Positions 10,559 through 20,454 are shown, counted from the first letter of the stretch. The stretch is 64,000 bases of DNA from Candidatus Uabimicrobium helgolandensis (GCF_041508025.1 NZ_CP165719.1:736023-800022); one strand, 5' to 3'. A program made the numbers and translations. The notes: generated by a model not told the origin, from the sequence alone.

Positions 10559-10973
10559 GATAAACTCCTTGGTTTTTGTTTGCAGTGGTATTGCAGAGAT
10601 TTATCTGCACCTCAATAGAAAAGGTACTTTTAGATAAAATTGTAACATAAAAAATATAGAAATTCACTCTTATTTACATTGCTTTAACAAAAGTAAGAAC
10701 ACAAAAAGCTACTTTCAATTTCAAGTGGGTTTTGTATAATTTTGTCGTAGTGGAAATAAGTATAATTTAGCAATTTAATGATCTCCAAAAGTATTCAACA
10801 GATAATTACTTTTGTTAGTCACTTAGCTACTCATTTCTTAGTGCTTTCTTACAGGTATAACATTGTTTGTTGTAAAATGTACTGACACATTCTAATTTTT
10901 TATAAGGGATGTGACAAAAAAAATGTAGTAAATTTTTTATCACATTCCCAGATCTAATTTAACGGAATAATAT

Positions 10974-11600
10974 ATGATATGGAATTTTTTTAAACGCGTC
11001 TTTGGTTTCAAAAAAACAGTTACTTTACCTAAAAATAAATATGATTTTGTCGCTATTGATTTTGAAACCGCAAATAATCGTAAAACAAGTATTTGCTCCT
11101 GCGGCATAATTACCATAAAAGATGGACAAATAATTGAAAAAAAACATTTCCTCATTCGTCCAAAGGTACTTGAGTTTTATAAACGCAACACTCAAATTCA
11201 CGGTATTACCAAAGATGATGTTAAAGACCAACCAACATTTGATAAAATTTGGCCCGAAATTAAAACTTATATAAATAACGAACTTGTAGTTGCTCATAAT
11301 GCTAGTTTTGATTTAGGGGTTCTTAAGGCTGTTCTTGACCAGTATCATTTAGACTATCCAAATATTGAGTACTTATGCACTGTTCAGCTAGCGAGAAAAA
11401 CAATAAAGGATAGTGATAATCATAAGCTAAATACTTTAGCAGAATATTTTGGTATTGATTTAAAACACCACGACGCCTTATCTGACGCCCAAGCATGTGC
11501 ACTTCTTGTTTGCAAAATTTGCGAAAAGCAAAATCAAACTATTCGCGAGGTTGTTTTGCAAAACCATATTAAATTTAAAAAATTAACGTCGAAATTATAA
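10974..11600 (+). CDS. DnaQ-like DEDDh 3'-5' exonuclease (Pol III epsilon-like, stand-alone)
   Basis: Exo I motif VAIDFETAN, Exo II HNASFDLGVL and Exo III HHDALSDAQA are all present. Confidence 0.8.
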   Translation: MIWNFFKRVFGFKKTVTLPKNKYDFVAIDFETANNRKTSICSCGIITIKDGQIIEKKHFLIRPKVLEFYKRNTQIHGITKDDVKDQPTFDKIWPEIKTYINNELVVAHNASFDLGVLKAVLDQYHLDYPNIEYLCTVQLARKTIKDSDNHKLNTLAEYFGIDLKHHDALSDAQACALLVCKICEKQNQTIREVVLQNHIKFKKLTSKL

Positions 11601-11822
11601 GTGTGCGAAAGCGCTCATTTTCTATGAGCAAAAGCGCGCAGTTATTGTGCTACTGTATTTGCTAATAAGCTAATCTGTTTATGTTACTTAGATTTTTATT
11701 GTGCTCTTTACCTTTAACTAAAAAGGAAAGGGCGTTTTCTTGGCAAAAAAAATACTACTCTGGCACGCACTTTGCTTTACTACAATAGCAAAAGAAACAA
11801 TAATCTTGTTAAGGAGTAGTGT

Positions 11823-12050
11823 ATGTGGCAGCAAAAAATATCGCATCTATTTAATATCCTAGGACAACTTTCTCCCTACTCTCAGGTGACAATCGAAAGT
11901 TTAGCAAAAGAATATAAAAAAGCCCCAAGAGCGATCAAAAAAGATTTAGAAATTTTAATGTCAGCAAATCTCGGCGTTTTTATCGAAGAGGATAAAATCC
12001 GTATCTCCAAACATGGATATAAACGTATTCGTAGTTGGGTTTTAAGCTAA
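11823..12050 (+). CDS. Small (75 aa) putative HTH DNA-binding protein
   Basis: A strong RBS AAGGAG lies 6 nt upstream of the ATG. The segment VTIESLAKEYKKAPRAIKKDLEIL resembles a DeoR/winged-HTH recognition helix. Confidence 0.5.
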   Translation: MWQQKISHLFNILGQLSPYSQVTIESLAKEYKKAPRAIKKDLEILMSANLGVFIEEDKIRISKHGYKRIRSWVLS

Positions 12051-12124
12051 ATTTAATGAGTCTCCCAAATGAGTTTTCGCAACCTGCAAGATAAAAATCC
12101 ACTTTGGCAAAAGATGTAGGACGC

Positions 12125-12144
12125 CCCTTGTGGGTGTCCAAGGG
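12125..12144. terminator. GC-rich hairpin (cccttg-N8-caaggg) between convergent genes; putative bidirectional terminator
   Basis: A 6-bp GC-rich stem with an 8-nt loop is seen in the sequence. A second hairpin agaac-N6-gttct follows. Confidence 0.35.
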
Positions 12145-12256
12145 AGTCGATAGAACAGAAACGTTCTATGCAAGTTTTATATTATAACCATACACGAAAT
12201 ACCAAATAATACCTACACATCCTAAGATCCTTCATTTTCTTAGAAATTTATAATGA

Positions 12257-14308
12257 TTACTCACAATCACAACGTTTAGTAATATCTTGTTCTGCACAAA
12301 GTTCATGAACCCATTTGCGTAATTGCTTTTCGTTGTATTGTGTTAAGTCTTTTAGCGTTTGCCAGTCATTTTCTTTTCCAGACAATTTCATTAAGCCTCG
12401 GTATATGCGCGATGCACTTTTATAATATGGGTCATCGCTGGGAAGACGTCCGTACCACGCCCAGTAAACCATTGTAAAAATTCCTTCGAAACTAGCGTCT
12501 AAACGTTCCATAACTTGAAACAAATAAAAATCGATATATTTTGTGTGCCGTACACCAAATAATTCCGCTACATGTTCAAATCGCGTTTGGATATTGTTAG
12601 GAGAGAATCCCTGTTTCCAGAGCAAGCCTAAGTGTCTACCAATATTGTTTTGAATTGGCATATAACAAGGTAGGTCATTTATATGACCTAATTCATGATT
12701 ATGAACAGTATCAAGGCGTCTTTCTAGAATTAAATTAAAAAAGGTATCCCACTTTTCATTTTCCGTTTTTGGTAATTTTTTTACTTGTTTTCTTAAAGCG
12801 CGTTTCAAGAAAATATCAGCTATAGATTTTGAGTAAGGCAAGTAATCTTTATCTGCCATGGAAAATTTTTCAGGAAATTTTACTGGTTGAGTAATGCGTT
12901 TGTATAAGTCTTGTAGAGTAACTATGTGAGGACGCAGAGTATCTACTGCAACATAAAATCCGTTATTTGATAAAAATGCACGCCCTGCTATGGTTGGAGC
13001 TCCGGAAAAATAACCACTGTAAGAATCGATAAATGTTTCATCACATGTTATTGCTTGGTAAGTTCTTGGTTTTCCCCATATTTCGCGTTGGTATGTACGG
13101 TGACACAAGCGGTTCATTAAACGTATTTCAATTTGCCCATAGTTATTACCCATATCGAAAAATTTATTGTAGCGAGCAAAATAAGAGCATAGAGTTTGTG
13201 CTTTAGGATTAAAGGGATTTGCTTCGCGAACAACCCAAAAATAATTTTGAAATTCACGACTGGGTGACGCCGGAAGATCAATACTAAACGTCGCGGCTAT
13301 ACGGCGAATGTCACTTAGCATGGTTACAATATCGCGGCGTGTAGTTTGGTAATATTTAGCCACATATTTCCGCAAAGCTTTTAAAAATTGTATGTGATTT
13401 TGTAATTTTTGTTTTTCTTCATCGAACCCTGTTACTTGATCATAAACAATAACCGCTTCTTCTTCCCACCCTACAAAAGTAAGTGAGCGAGCTAGCTCTA
13501 ATAAAGACTCATTATTATTTTCTTGGACGCTTTTTATCGCTTTTTGCAAACGAAGATAGCGCAAGCGAACTTTATTGTCCTCGTGGAAAACTAAACGCTG
13601 CGGAACAATTCTTAGCCAAATATTATAGGCGGTGGCATATTGCTTATTTTGTAGTAAAAATCTTCGGTACAGTTTAACAGTACGTAAAGAATATGGGTTT
13701 TCGATGATCGCCTTTTCCAATAGTAATTTCCCCGTTTGTATTGCGCCTTTTTCGAGAGAGAAATGGCCTTTCATTGTTAGCAAAAAATTTTGTCGAGGAA
13801 AATATTTTAGAGCCTCATCTAATAGTAAATCTCCACTTTCTGGTAGTTCTTTTTCGTAAAGAGTTAGCAATTCTCGCCAATAAGAAGTTAACAGTCCAAG
13901 ATTTTCATCATTGTTAAATTCATAATTCGGATGTAGTATTTTTACTTTGTGTATTTCTTTTGCAGCAGATAAAAATTGTCCGTATAGTAAATAATTCGCC
14001 GCTTCAAAAAAATAAGGTTTGATAAGAGAAGAATCTAATGAATGTGCTGTACGTGCCGCATCTAAAGCATCTTGCCATTTTAATTGACCAAGCAAAATAA
14101 ATGCGCGCAGCTCGTAAAAATTTGGCGCGCTTACGTCATGTTCAATTGCGGCATCAATAAGAATTAGTGCTTCATCAAGATTTTTCTCATCATATTTTTT
14201 TTGCGCTTGTGTAAACTCATTTTGCGCAGTACTTTTATCTACAGGATTCAATTCGAGAAAAGAACAACTACTTGTTATAGTTATCATAAAAATCAAAAAT
14301 ATTTTCAT
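12257..14308 (-). CDS. TPR-containing lipoprotein with HExxH zinc-metallopeptidase-like motif
   Basis: It has a signal/lipobox (ITITSSC). The N-terminal third is TPR-like. A central HNHELGHIND (HExxH) motif is present. Its start ATGA overlaps the thiolase stop. Confidence 0.6.
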   Translation of the reverse strand: MKIFLIFMITITSSCSFLELNPVDKSTAQNEFTQAQKKYDEKNLDEALILIDAAIEHDVSAPNFYELRAFILLGQLKWQDALDAARTAHSLDSSLIKPYFFEAANYLLYGQFLSAAKEIHKVKILHPNYEFNNDENLGLLTSYWRELLTLYEKELPESGDLLLDEALKYFPRQNFLLTMKGHFSLEKGAIQTGKLLLEKAIIENPYSLRTVKLYRRFLLQNKQYATAYNIWLRIVPQRLVFHEDNKVRLRYLRLQKAIKSVQENNNESLLELARSLTFVGWEEEAVIVYDQVTGFDEEKQKLQNHIQFLKALRKYVAKYYQTTRRDIVTMLSDIRRIAATFSIDLPASPSREFQNYFWVVREANPFNPKAQTLCSYFARYNKFFDMGNNYGQIEIRLMNRLCHRTYQREIWGKPRTYQAITCDETFIDSYSGYFSGAPTIAGRAFLSNNGFYVAVDTLRPHIVTLQDLYKRITQPVKFPEKFSMADKDYLPYSKSIADIFLKRALRKQVKKLPKTENEKWDTFFNLILERRLDTVHNHELGHINDLPCYMPIQNNIGRHLGLLWKQGFSPNNIQTRFEHVAELFGVRHTKYIDFYLFQVMERLDASFEGIFTMVYWAWYGRLPSDDPYYKSASRIYRGLMKLSGKENDWQTLKDLTQYNEKQLRKWVHELCAEQDITKRCDCE

Positions 14309-15591
14309 ATTTTTTCCACGACAAAACTAGCCCCTTGTCCACCACCAACGCATAAAGTTGCCAAACCAACTGATTTGTCTTGTCGTTCGAGTTCGTTGAC
14401 AAGGTTCATTACGATTCTTACAGCAGATGCTCCTACAGGATGGCCAAGAGCAATTGCTCCACCATTTACATTGACAATTGTTTCATCTAGTTCTCCTAAA
14501 GCTGGACGTTTCAAATATTTTTCACTTAGTTTATTGCAAGAAAAAATGCGGAGGTTAGCTAAAACTTGGACAGCAAATGCTTCATTGATTTCGACAAGGT
14601 CCACATCTTTCATTGTCATTTTGGCTTTATCAAGAGCGAGTGGCGTGGCGTAAGCTGGTCCAAGCCCCATGTAGGAAGGGTCGAGTCCGGCGAATGCAAA
14701 CGAGCGTATTCGCGCAACAGGTTTGTATCCCATTTTTTTGGCATGTTCTTCTTCCATAACTAGTAACATCGCAGCGCCATCGGTAATTTGACTAGCATTT
14801 CCCGCGGTAACAGTTCCACTTTCTTTTTTGAATACTGTTTTTAATTTTGCTAATTTGTCGGTGTTTTCAAGTTCGCGAACACCATTGTCTTGAGAAATAT
14901 AACTATCTTCATCATCTTCATCAACGAGATAGGGCATAATTTCCGAAGTAAATTTGCCATCGTCGATCGCTTTTTTTGCGCGTTGGTGACTACGTAAAGA
15001 AAAAAGGTCTTGTTCCTCGCGAGAAATCGAAAAATCATGAGCAAGTATTTCAGCAGTGTGTCCCATTTCTAGACCACATGAACGATCAGATAGTATCAAT
15101 TTTAAACCAATCACTGGGCGATAATAATTCATTTTAAACTTTGCTAGCATTCGATATTGTTGCCATTTTCCTCGACAACGCATAAATTTTTGTAGCCAAT
15201 TTCGTGCTCCGGCATTCCACATTAGAGGAATTTGTGACATATTTTCTGCCCCACCGACAATAAAGGTGTTACCCATATCGGCTTGAATTTTTTGGTAAGC
15301 ATAAGCAATGGCTTCCATACCGCTGGCGCAGTTTCTTTGCACTGTTACTGCAGGAATACGATGAGGTAAATCAGCAAGGAGTGCTATATGGCGCGCTAGA
15401 TTAGCCGCTTCTGGAGGTTGGGCCACATTGCCTATAATAACTTCGTCGATATTTTGTGTATCTAGCTCACTTCGTTTTACCAGTTCTTTTACAACTGTCG
15501 CCCCCAAGTCATATGCTGGGATATTCTTAAATTCACTATTTATTTTTAAAAACGGTGTACGCAAACTTCTGACAATTACAACATTTTTCAT
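14305..15591 (-). CDS. Acetyl-CoA C-acyltransferase (thiolase)
   Basis: The thiolase active-site regions NRNCASGMEAI, NVNGGAIALGHPVGASAVRIV and GLATLCVGGGQG are present. The start was chosen at ATG 15591 (MKNVVIV) with AGGAAA upstream, rather than the longer ORF start at 15666. Confidence 0.85.
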   Translation of the reverse strand: MKNVVIVRSLRTPFLKINSEFKNIPAYDLGATVVKELVKRSELDTQNIDEVIIGNVAQPPEAANLARHIALLADLPHRIPAVTVQRNCASGMEAIAYAYQKIQADMGNTFIVGGAENMSQIPLMWNAGARNWLQKFMRCRGKWQQYRMLAKFKMNYYRPVIGLKLILSDRSCGLEMGHTAEILAHDFSISREEQDLFSLRSHQRAKKAIDDGKFTSEIMPYLVDEDDEDSYISQDNGVRELENTDKLAKLKTVFKKESGTVTAGNASQITDGAAMLLVMEEEHAKKMGYKPVARIRSFAFAGLDPSYMGLGPAYATPLALDKAKMTMKDVDLVEINEAFAVQVLANLRIFSCNKLSEKYLKRPALGELDETIVNVNGGAIALGHPVGASAVRIVMNLVNELERQDKSVGLATLCVGGGQGASFVVEKI

Positions 15592-15773
15592 ATAAATTTT
15601 CCTAAAAACTACTTGCACATAACGATGATAACTTTTACGATGGGGGGAAATTTGCCTTGGGCGCATCGACTTTAAGTTTTCATATAATATTTGATATTAT
15701 ACAACGAAGACAAATGTCGACTCACCCTCTACGAATAAGCCCACGATTCTTTCTCATTTTAATGGATACTTTG

Positions 15774-16856
15774 ATGAAAAAAAAGCAATATTATTATCTA
15801 CTAATCACACTTTTGTGTTTAGGATGCAGTTCTTCTCAACCCCAAAAAAATGATAACCCTAAATACATTTACGATTTAAGTGGTTATGTAGAAGCAAATA
15901 AAGAGAAGTATAACATAGGTGAAGATATTGAAGTTAAATATGTTATTCAAAATAATCGTGGTAAATTACACCAAGAACCTGTGACTAATGGTAGTAAAAA
16001 AATAAGTGAAGCTTTTCAATCCTACGGATTTAATGCTGCTTCTAGTAAAGATCAGCTTGTTCATTTAGAAGTAAAAGACTTTGGAAAGCCGATTAATGGA
16101 GCTATCTCTTTAAAGCCCAAGGGTAAAAAAGTATTTGTAAAAAATATTTTTTCTAGTTCACAGCCAGGAAAATATCGATTGACATTTAATTTAAACTGGA
16201 AAGAAAATAAACAAATACTTTTTAAACCGATTGTCATTGAAGTTGTCGATAATCAAAAGCCTCAAGATAATTCCACTTCTGAAAGTATAGATCCACAAAT
16301 AAGAACTTCTGTTCGCAATTTAGTAGATCCAGAAACACGCGAAGAAGCGGAAAAGGAAATAGTAAGTTATGAAGCCAAAGGACTTATTGCTGTTGTTGAA
16401 GCAATGGGTGACAATAATAGTGAACTTCGCTCGGAAGCAATGTTCTTTTTGATACGAATAAAAGATGACTATGAAATAGATCCTATTCGCGCTTTAGAGT
16501 GGGGAGCTTTACACGAAAACCCAGAGATTCGAATGCGTTCTATCCATGTTGCAGGACAAATAGCACCCGATGAAATCATTCAAATTATCAAAGACCGATT
16601 GGTGAATGACCCAGATAAAAATGTTCGTCTGACATGTCTACGCACTGCAAAACCGCTAACAGACATTATTGCTGTTCAGTTAATGGTTTTTGCTCTTAAT
16701 GATCGCGAAGTTGAAATACGTCGAGAAGTAATTAAAGAATTAAAAGAACGTACAAATGAAAACTTTGGTTTTGATCCAGAAGCAAGTGAAGAAGAACGTA
16801 AATCTGCTTTACAAAAGTGGCGCGAATGGGCTGTTTCTAAATACCGCGGAAAATAA
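15774..16856 (+). CDS. HEAT-repeat lipoprotein
   Basis: With the start at MKKKQYYYLLITLLCLGC it has a lipoprotein signal; the alternative ATG at 15762 is possible. The C-terminal half carries repeated HEAT/PBS-lyase-like units (DNNSELRSEAMFFL, ENPEIRMRSIHVAG, DPDKNVRLTCL, NDREVEIRREVI). Confidence 0.6.
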   Translation: MKKKQYYYLLITLLCLGCSSSQPQKNDNPKYIYDLSGYVEANKEKYNIGEDIEVKYVIQNNRGKLHQEPVTNGSKKISEAFQSYGFNAASSKDQLVHLEVKDFGKPINGAISLKPKGKKVFVKNIFSSSQPGKYRLTFNLNWKENKQILFKPIVIEVVDNQKPQDNSTSESIDPQIRTSVRNLVDPETREEAEKEIVSYEAKGLIAVVEAMGDNNSELRSEAMFFLIRIKDDYEIDPIRALEWGALHENPEIRMRSIHVAGQIAPDEIIQIIKDRLVNDPDKNVRLTCLRTAKPLTDIIAVQLMVFALNDREVEIRREVIKELKERTNENFGFDPEASEEERKSALQKWREWAVSKYRGK

Positions 16857-16859
16857 TCC

Positions 16860-17411
16860 ATGCTAGAAGATAATGAACTTATAGAATTGTTCCAACAAGG
16901 TGAAATACAAGTGTTTGAAATACTTGTTGAACGCTATAGCTCGCGTATTATTAATTTTTTATATCGTCTTTGCTGGCATAGAGAGTTAGCAGAGGATCTA
17001 GCACAAGAATCGTTTATAAAACTATATCGTAGTTTGAATCGCTATGAAACAGAAGGTAATTTTAAGGCTTATATGTTTACTATTGCTAAAAACGTTTGGA
17101 TTGATTTTCTACGTAGTAAAAAAGGAAAAACAGAACTAAAAAAACAAGCAGGCGATAGTGAAATTATATTTGAAAATTTAAAATCTACAGAACCTTCTGT
17201 CGAAGACATGGTTTATTATAAAGAAAAATTAGAACTATTAGAAACGACAGTAAATCAGTTATCAGAAGAACAAAAAATGGTTTTTATGTTGTACCACGAT
17301 GATATGAAGTATGCTGAAATTGCAGAGATTCTATCCATTCCAGAAGGAACGGTGAAATCGCGATTGCACCATGCATTTAACAAGATCAAAAAAGTATTGT
17401 TTGAGGAATAG
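16860..17411 (+). CDS. ECF-type RNA polymerase sigma-70 factor
   Basis: It has the sigma70 region 2 (LAQESFIKLYRSL…YMFTIAKNVWIDFLR) and region 4 HTH (YAEIAEILSIPEGTVKSRLHHA). It starts 3 nt after the HEAT lipoprotein stop. Confidence 0.85.
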   Translation: MLEDNELIELFQQGEIQVFEILVERYSSRIINFLYRLCWHRELAEDLAQESFIKLYRSLNRYETEGNFKAYMFTIAKNVWIDFLRSKKGKTELKKQAGDSEIIFENLKSTEPSVEDMVYYKEKLELLETTVNQLSEEQKMVFMLYHDDMKYAEIAEILSIPEGTVKSRLHHAFNKIKKVLFEE

Positions 17412-17412
17412 A

Positions 17413-17970
17413 GTGTATAAAAAAGGAATATTATTAGATCGCGATGGAGTTATTATTGAAAATCGCGAAGATTATGTAAAAAATACAAGTGAAGTCAAAA
17501 TTCTTCCAGGAGTTAGGGAAGCAATTACTTCTTTGTGGATGGAAAATTACATAGTATGTATTATCACTAATCAATCTGGTGTTAGCAAAGGTTTGTACAG
17601 TGAAAAAGACGTGAAAGATATTCATCGATTTATTGAAAAGGAACTTTGTCACGAGATATCTGGTCCTATTTTTTGGTACTACTGTCCACACCAAGATAAA
17701 GATAAATGTACATGCCGAAAACCAAATTCGGGTTTACTTGAAAAAGCTATTAGTGATCACAATTTTTGCAGTGAAAATACGTGGATGGTTGGCGACAATA
17801 TTCGAGATATTGAGGCCGGTCGTAAAGCACAATGCCAAACATGCTTGGTACTTACTGGGCTTGGAAAAAGCTTTAACAAGCCTAAAATGAGTTTAGTTCC
17901 ACACAAGGTTTGCCACGATTTATACGAGTTTGTCGAACAAATTTTAACAGAAGAAGAGGAGAGTCTATAA
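17413..17970 (+). CDS. gmhB: D-glycero-D-manno-heptose-1,7-bisphosphate phosphatase-like HAD-IIIA hydrolase (GmhB family)
   Basis: The DxD motif ILLDRDGVI and the Zn-binding cluster CPHQDKDKCTCRKP are typical of GmhB/HisB-N. A GTG start at 17413 with GAGGAA 5 nt upstream was preferred over the ATG at 17371, which overlaps the sigma gene. Confidence 0.7.
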   Translation: MYKKGILLDRDGVIIENREDYVKNTSEVKILPGVREAITSLWMENYIVCIITNQSGVSKGLYSEKDVKDIHRFIEKELCHEISGPIFWYYCPHQDKDKCTCRKPNSGLLEKAISDHNFCSENTWMVGDNIRDIEAGRKAQCQTCLVLTGLGKSFNKPKMSLVPHKVCHDLYEFVEQILTEEEESL

Positions 17971-17995
17971 GAAACTCTTATAGCAATACTGAAAT

Positions 17996-19519
17996 ATGGC
18001 AAAGAAAATGCGAAATGCTATCGCTCCTACAAGAGTAGAGGATTACCCTGAATGGTATCAGCAAGTCATAAAAGCTGCTGATTTAGCTGAAAATTCAGAA
18101 GTTCGTGGTTGTATGGTGATTAAACCGTGGGGATATAGCCTTTGGGAGAATATTCAGCGCTGTTTAGATAAAATGTTTCGAGACACAGGACATCGCAATG
18201 CCTATTTTCCGCTATTTATTCCTTTGAGTTATATGGAAAAAGAAGCAGAACATGTTGAAGGGTTCGCCAAAGAATGCGCTGTCGTAACTCATCACCGCTT
18301 AGAACCAGGAGAAGACGGAGGTCTAGTTCCTGCAGGTAAACTAGAAGAACCTCTTGTTATACGTCCGACTTCAGAAACTATTATTGGTGCAGCATTTTCG
18401 CGTTGGGTACAATCGTATCGCGACTTACCACTTCTCATTAATCAGTGGGCAAACGTAGTACGTTGGGAATTGCGCACGCGGTTATTTTTACGTACTGCAG
18501 AATTTTTGTGGCAAGAAGGACATACCGTGCACGCCACAAAACAAGAAGCGGTAGATGAAACACTACAAATGCTAGATGTCTATGCTGACTTTTGTGAAAA
18601 CTTTATGGCAGTACCAGTAATAAAAGGATGTAAAACAGCTAGCGAAAGATTTCCTGGCGCAGTGGATACATATTGTATTGAAGCGATGATGCAGGACAAT
18701 AAAGCTTTACAAGCAGGAACATCGCATTTTCTAGGGCAAAATTTTTCACGCGCATCAAATATAAAATTTCAAGACAAGAATGGTGAAGAAAGTTTTGCAT
18801 GGACAACTTCTTGGGGAGTTTCAACGCGTTTGGTAGGTGCACTTATTATGGCTCATGGTGACGATGATGGATTAGTTATGCCTCCGCGTATCGCTGCAGC
18901 CCATGTTGTTATCGTACCAATGCTTAACAAAGCTGAAACTAGAGACCAAGTACTAGAATACTGCGACGACTTAGTACAGCAGTTGAAAAAAATCAACTAC
19001 TACGGAACAGAATTGCGTATTGAATATGATAAACGCGATATTGGCACTGGGCAAAAAACCTGGGAATGGATCAAAAAAGGTGTACCAATTCGCATAGAAG
19101 TAGGTGGCAGAGAACTACAAGAAGGAAATGTCTTTATGGGCAGAAGAGACAAAGGACCAAAAGAGAAAGAAGCAATGCCTAAAAGTGATTTTATTGCAAA
19201 AGTAACTGACATTCTAGACGATATTCACAATAATCTTTACACCCGCGCCGCAAAATTTCGCGACGAAGCGACGAAGAAGATAGATAGCAAAGAAGAGTTC
19301 TACGAATTCTTTACTCCAAAAAATAAAAAGAAACCTGAACTTCACGGTGGTTTTGCTCTATGCCACTGGAGCGGAGAAGCAGAAGTAGAAGAACAAGTAA
19401 AGAAAGATTTAAAAGTAACTATTCGCTGTATACCTCTAAATGGTGAAAAAGAAGAAGGTAAATGTATTATCAGCGGAAAACCAAGTAAACAGCGTGTTGT
19501 TTTTGGAAAAGCATACTAG
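17996..19519 (+). CDS. proS: Prolyl-tRNA synthetase, archaeal/eukaryotic-type class II
   Basis: 507 aa. The conserved blocks EVRGCMVIKPWGYSLWE, RPTSETIIG and RWELRTRLFLRTAEFLWQEGH are characteristic of ProRS type 3. Confidence 0.9.
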   Translation: MAKKMRNAIAPTRVEDYPEWYQQVIKAADLAENSEVRGCMVIKPWGYSLWENIQRCLDKMFRDTGHRNAYFPLFIPLSYMEKEAEHVEGFAKECAVVTHHRLEPGEDGGLVPAGKLEEPLVIRPTSETIIGAAFSRWVQSYRDLPLLINQWANVVRWELRTRLFLRTAEFLWQEGHTVHATKQEAVDETLQMLDVYADFCENFMAVPVIKGCKTASERFPGAVDTYCIEAMMQDNKALQAGTSHFLGQNFSRASNIKFQDKNGEESFAWTTSWGVSTRLVGALIMAHGDDDGLVMPPRIAAAHVVIVPMLNKAETRDQVLEYCDDLVQQLKKINYYGTELRIEYDKRDIGTGQKTWEWIKKGVPIRIEVGGRELQEGNVFMGRRDKGPKEKEAMPKSDFIAKVTDILDDIHNNLYTRAAKFRDEATKKIDSKEEFYEFFTPKNKKKPELHGGFALCHWSGEAEVEEQVKKDLKVTIRCIPLNGEKEEGKCIISGKPSKQRVVFGKAY

Positions 19520-19524
19520 AAATT

Positions 19525-19559
19525 AAAGTGTTAGAGCGCAATTTGCGCTCTAACACTTT
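19525..19559. terminator. Perfect 16-bp palindrome hairpin immediately after the proS stop
   Basis: aaagtgttagagcgcaa-t-ttgcgctctaacacttt. There is no strong U-tract, so this may be a processing or protein-binding site rather than a canonical terminator. Confidence 0.45.
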
Positions 19560-19630
19560 AATGATTAAGAAAACGTTTATCATCATCTGAATTGATTGAA
19601 AATTCATGAATAAAGCCAGCTTTACTTCGT

Positions 19631-20012
19631 GGATTCCTGGTCAAGCCAGGAATGACAGTGAAGTTGAGTTTAAGCGCTATATCGAAGGCTTGTACAAGAA
19701 GAGTTGTAAGTTTTTTAATTTTAGACTTTTCGAACACACCCAAATCAATCGTCTTCGCTCGACCATCATCTCAACCTTCCATTCCAAACTCGACCATAAT
19801 CCTCAACCTTCTCCGTCATTCCAAACTTGACCATAATCCTCAACCCCGTCATTCCAAACTCGACCATAATCCTCAACCTTCTCCGTCATTCCAAACTTGA
19901 CCATAATCCTCAACCCCGTCATTCCAAACTCGACCATAATCCTCAACCCCGTCATTCCAAACTTGACCATAATCCTCAACCCCGTCATTCCTGGCTTGAC
20001 CAGGAATTCACG
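19631..20012. repeat. Hairpin-bounded tandem repeat block: inverted 26-bp palindromic ends flanking six 33-37-bp direct repeats
   Basis: The ends are ggattcctggtcaagccaggaatgac (19631-56) and its reverse complement gtcattcctggcttgaccaggaat (19984-20007). Between them lie six units gtcattccaaac(t/c)(t/c)gaccataatcctcaacc(cc|ttctcc). Confidence 0.8.
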
Positions 20013-20028
20013 ATCACAAGAAAACCGT

Positions 20029-20310
20029 CTATAATAAAAAAAGATCATTCCAATCAGGATTATTTCGTTTAATAAGATCTATTTTCCATTGCCGCTTCCA
20101 TTTTTTCAGCTGTTTTTCACGATAAATAGCGTCATAGACTTCTGTAAACATTTCTATATACACAAGTTTATTAACACTATATTTTTGTGTAAACCCGCGC
20201 GTAAATTTCGACTTATGTTCATACATTCTTCTTTCTATATCATTGGTCACACCAACGTATAAAGTGCCATTTTTTCGGCTAGCAAGAATATACACAAAAT
20301 AATCTTTCAT
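20029..20310 (-). CDS. GIY-YIG nuclease superfamily protein (small, URI-domain)
   Basis: The motifs YFVYILASRKNGTLYVGVTNDIERRMYEHK (GIY…YVG) and the conserved R/E/N residues are present; 93 aa. Confidence 0.85.
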   Translation of the reverse strand: MKDYFVYILASRKNGTLYVGVTNDIERRMYEHKSKFTRGFTQKYSVNKLVYIEMFTEVYDAIYREKQLKKWKRQWKIDLIKRNNPDWNDLFLL

Positions 20311-20454
20311 AAAACTCCTCCGAAATAGTATTGTATAGATTTTATAATACCTTTAGTTGCGACAAGTTGGCTTTTCTCGCGAAGAATTGGCACAACTATT
20401 CATCTTAGATTTATAAACAAAACACTAGTACAATACTCTTTGGAGATTACAAAA

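Noticed and set aside
15592-15666. Longer thiolase start at 15666 (MRPRQISPHRKSYHRY…)
   Set aside because: The extension is not thiolase-like. The internal ATG at 15591 gives the canonical MKNVVIV N-terminus with an RBS.
19606-20072. ORFs 19606-19830, 19652-19900, 19827-20072 (+) and 19803-20048 (-) with 'HSKLDHNPQPR' repeats; also considered as a CRISPR array
   Set aside because: All reading frames stay open only because of the stop-free tandem repeat. The repeats are directly tandem with 2-6-nt variable junctions and no unique spacers, so this is not CRISPR and is unlikely to be coding.
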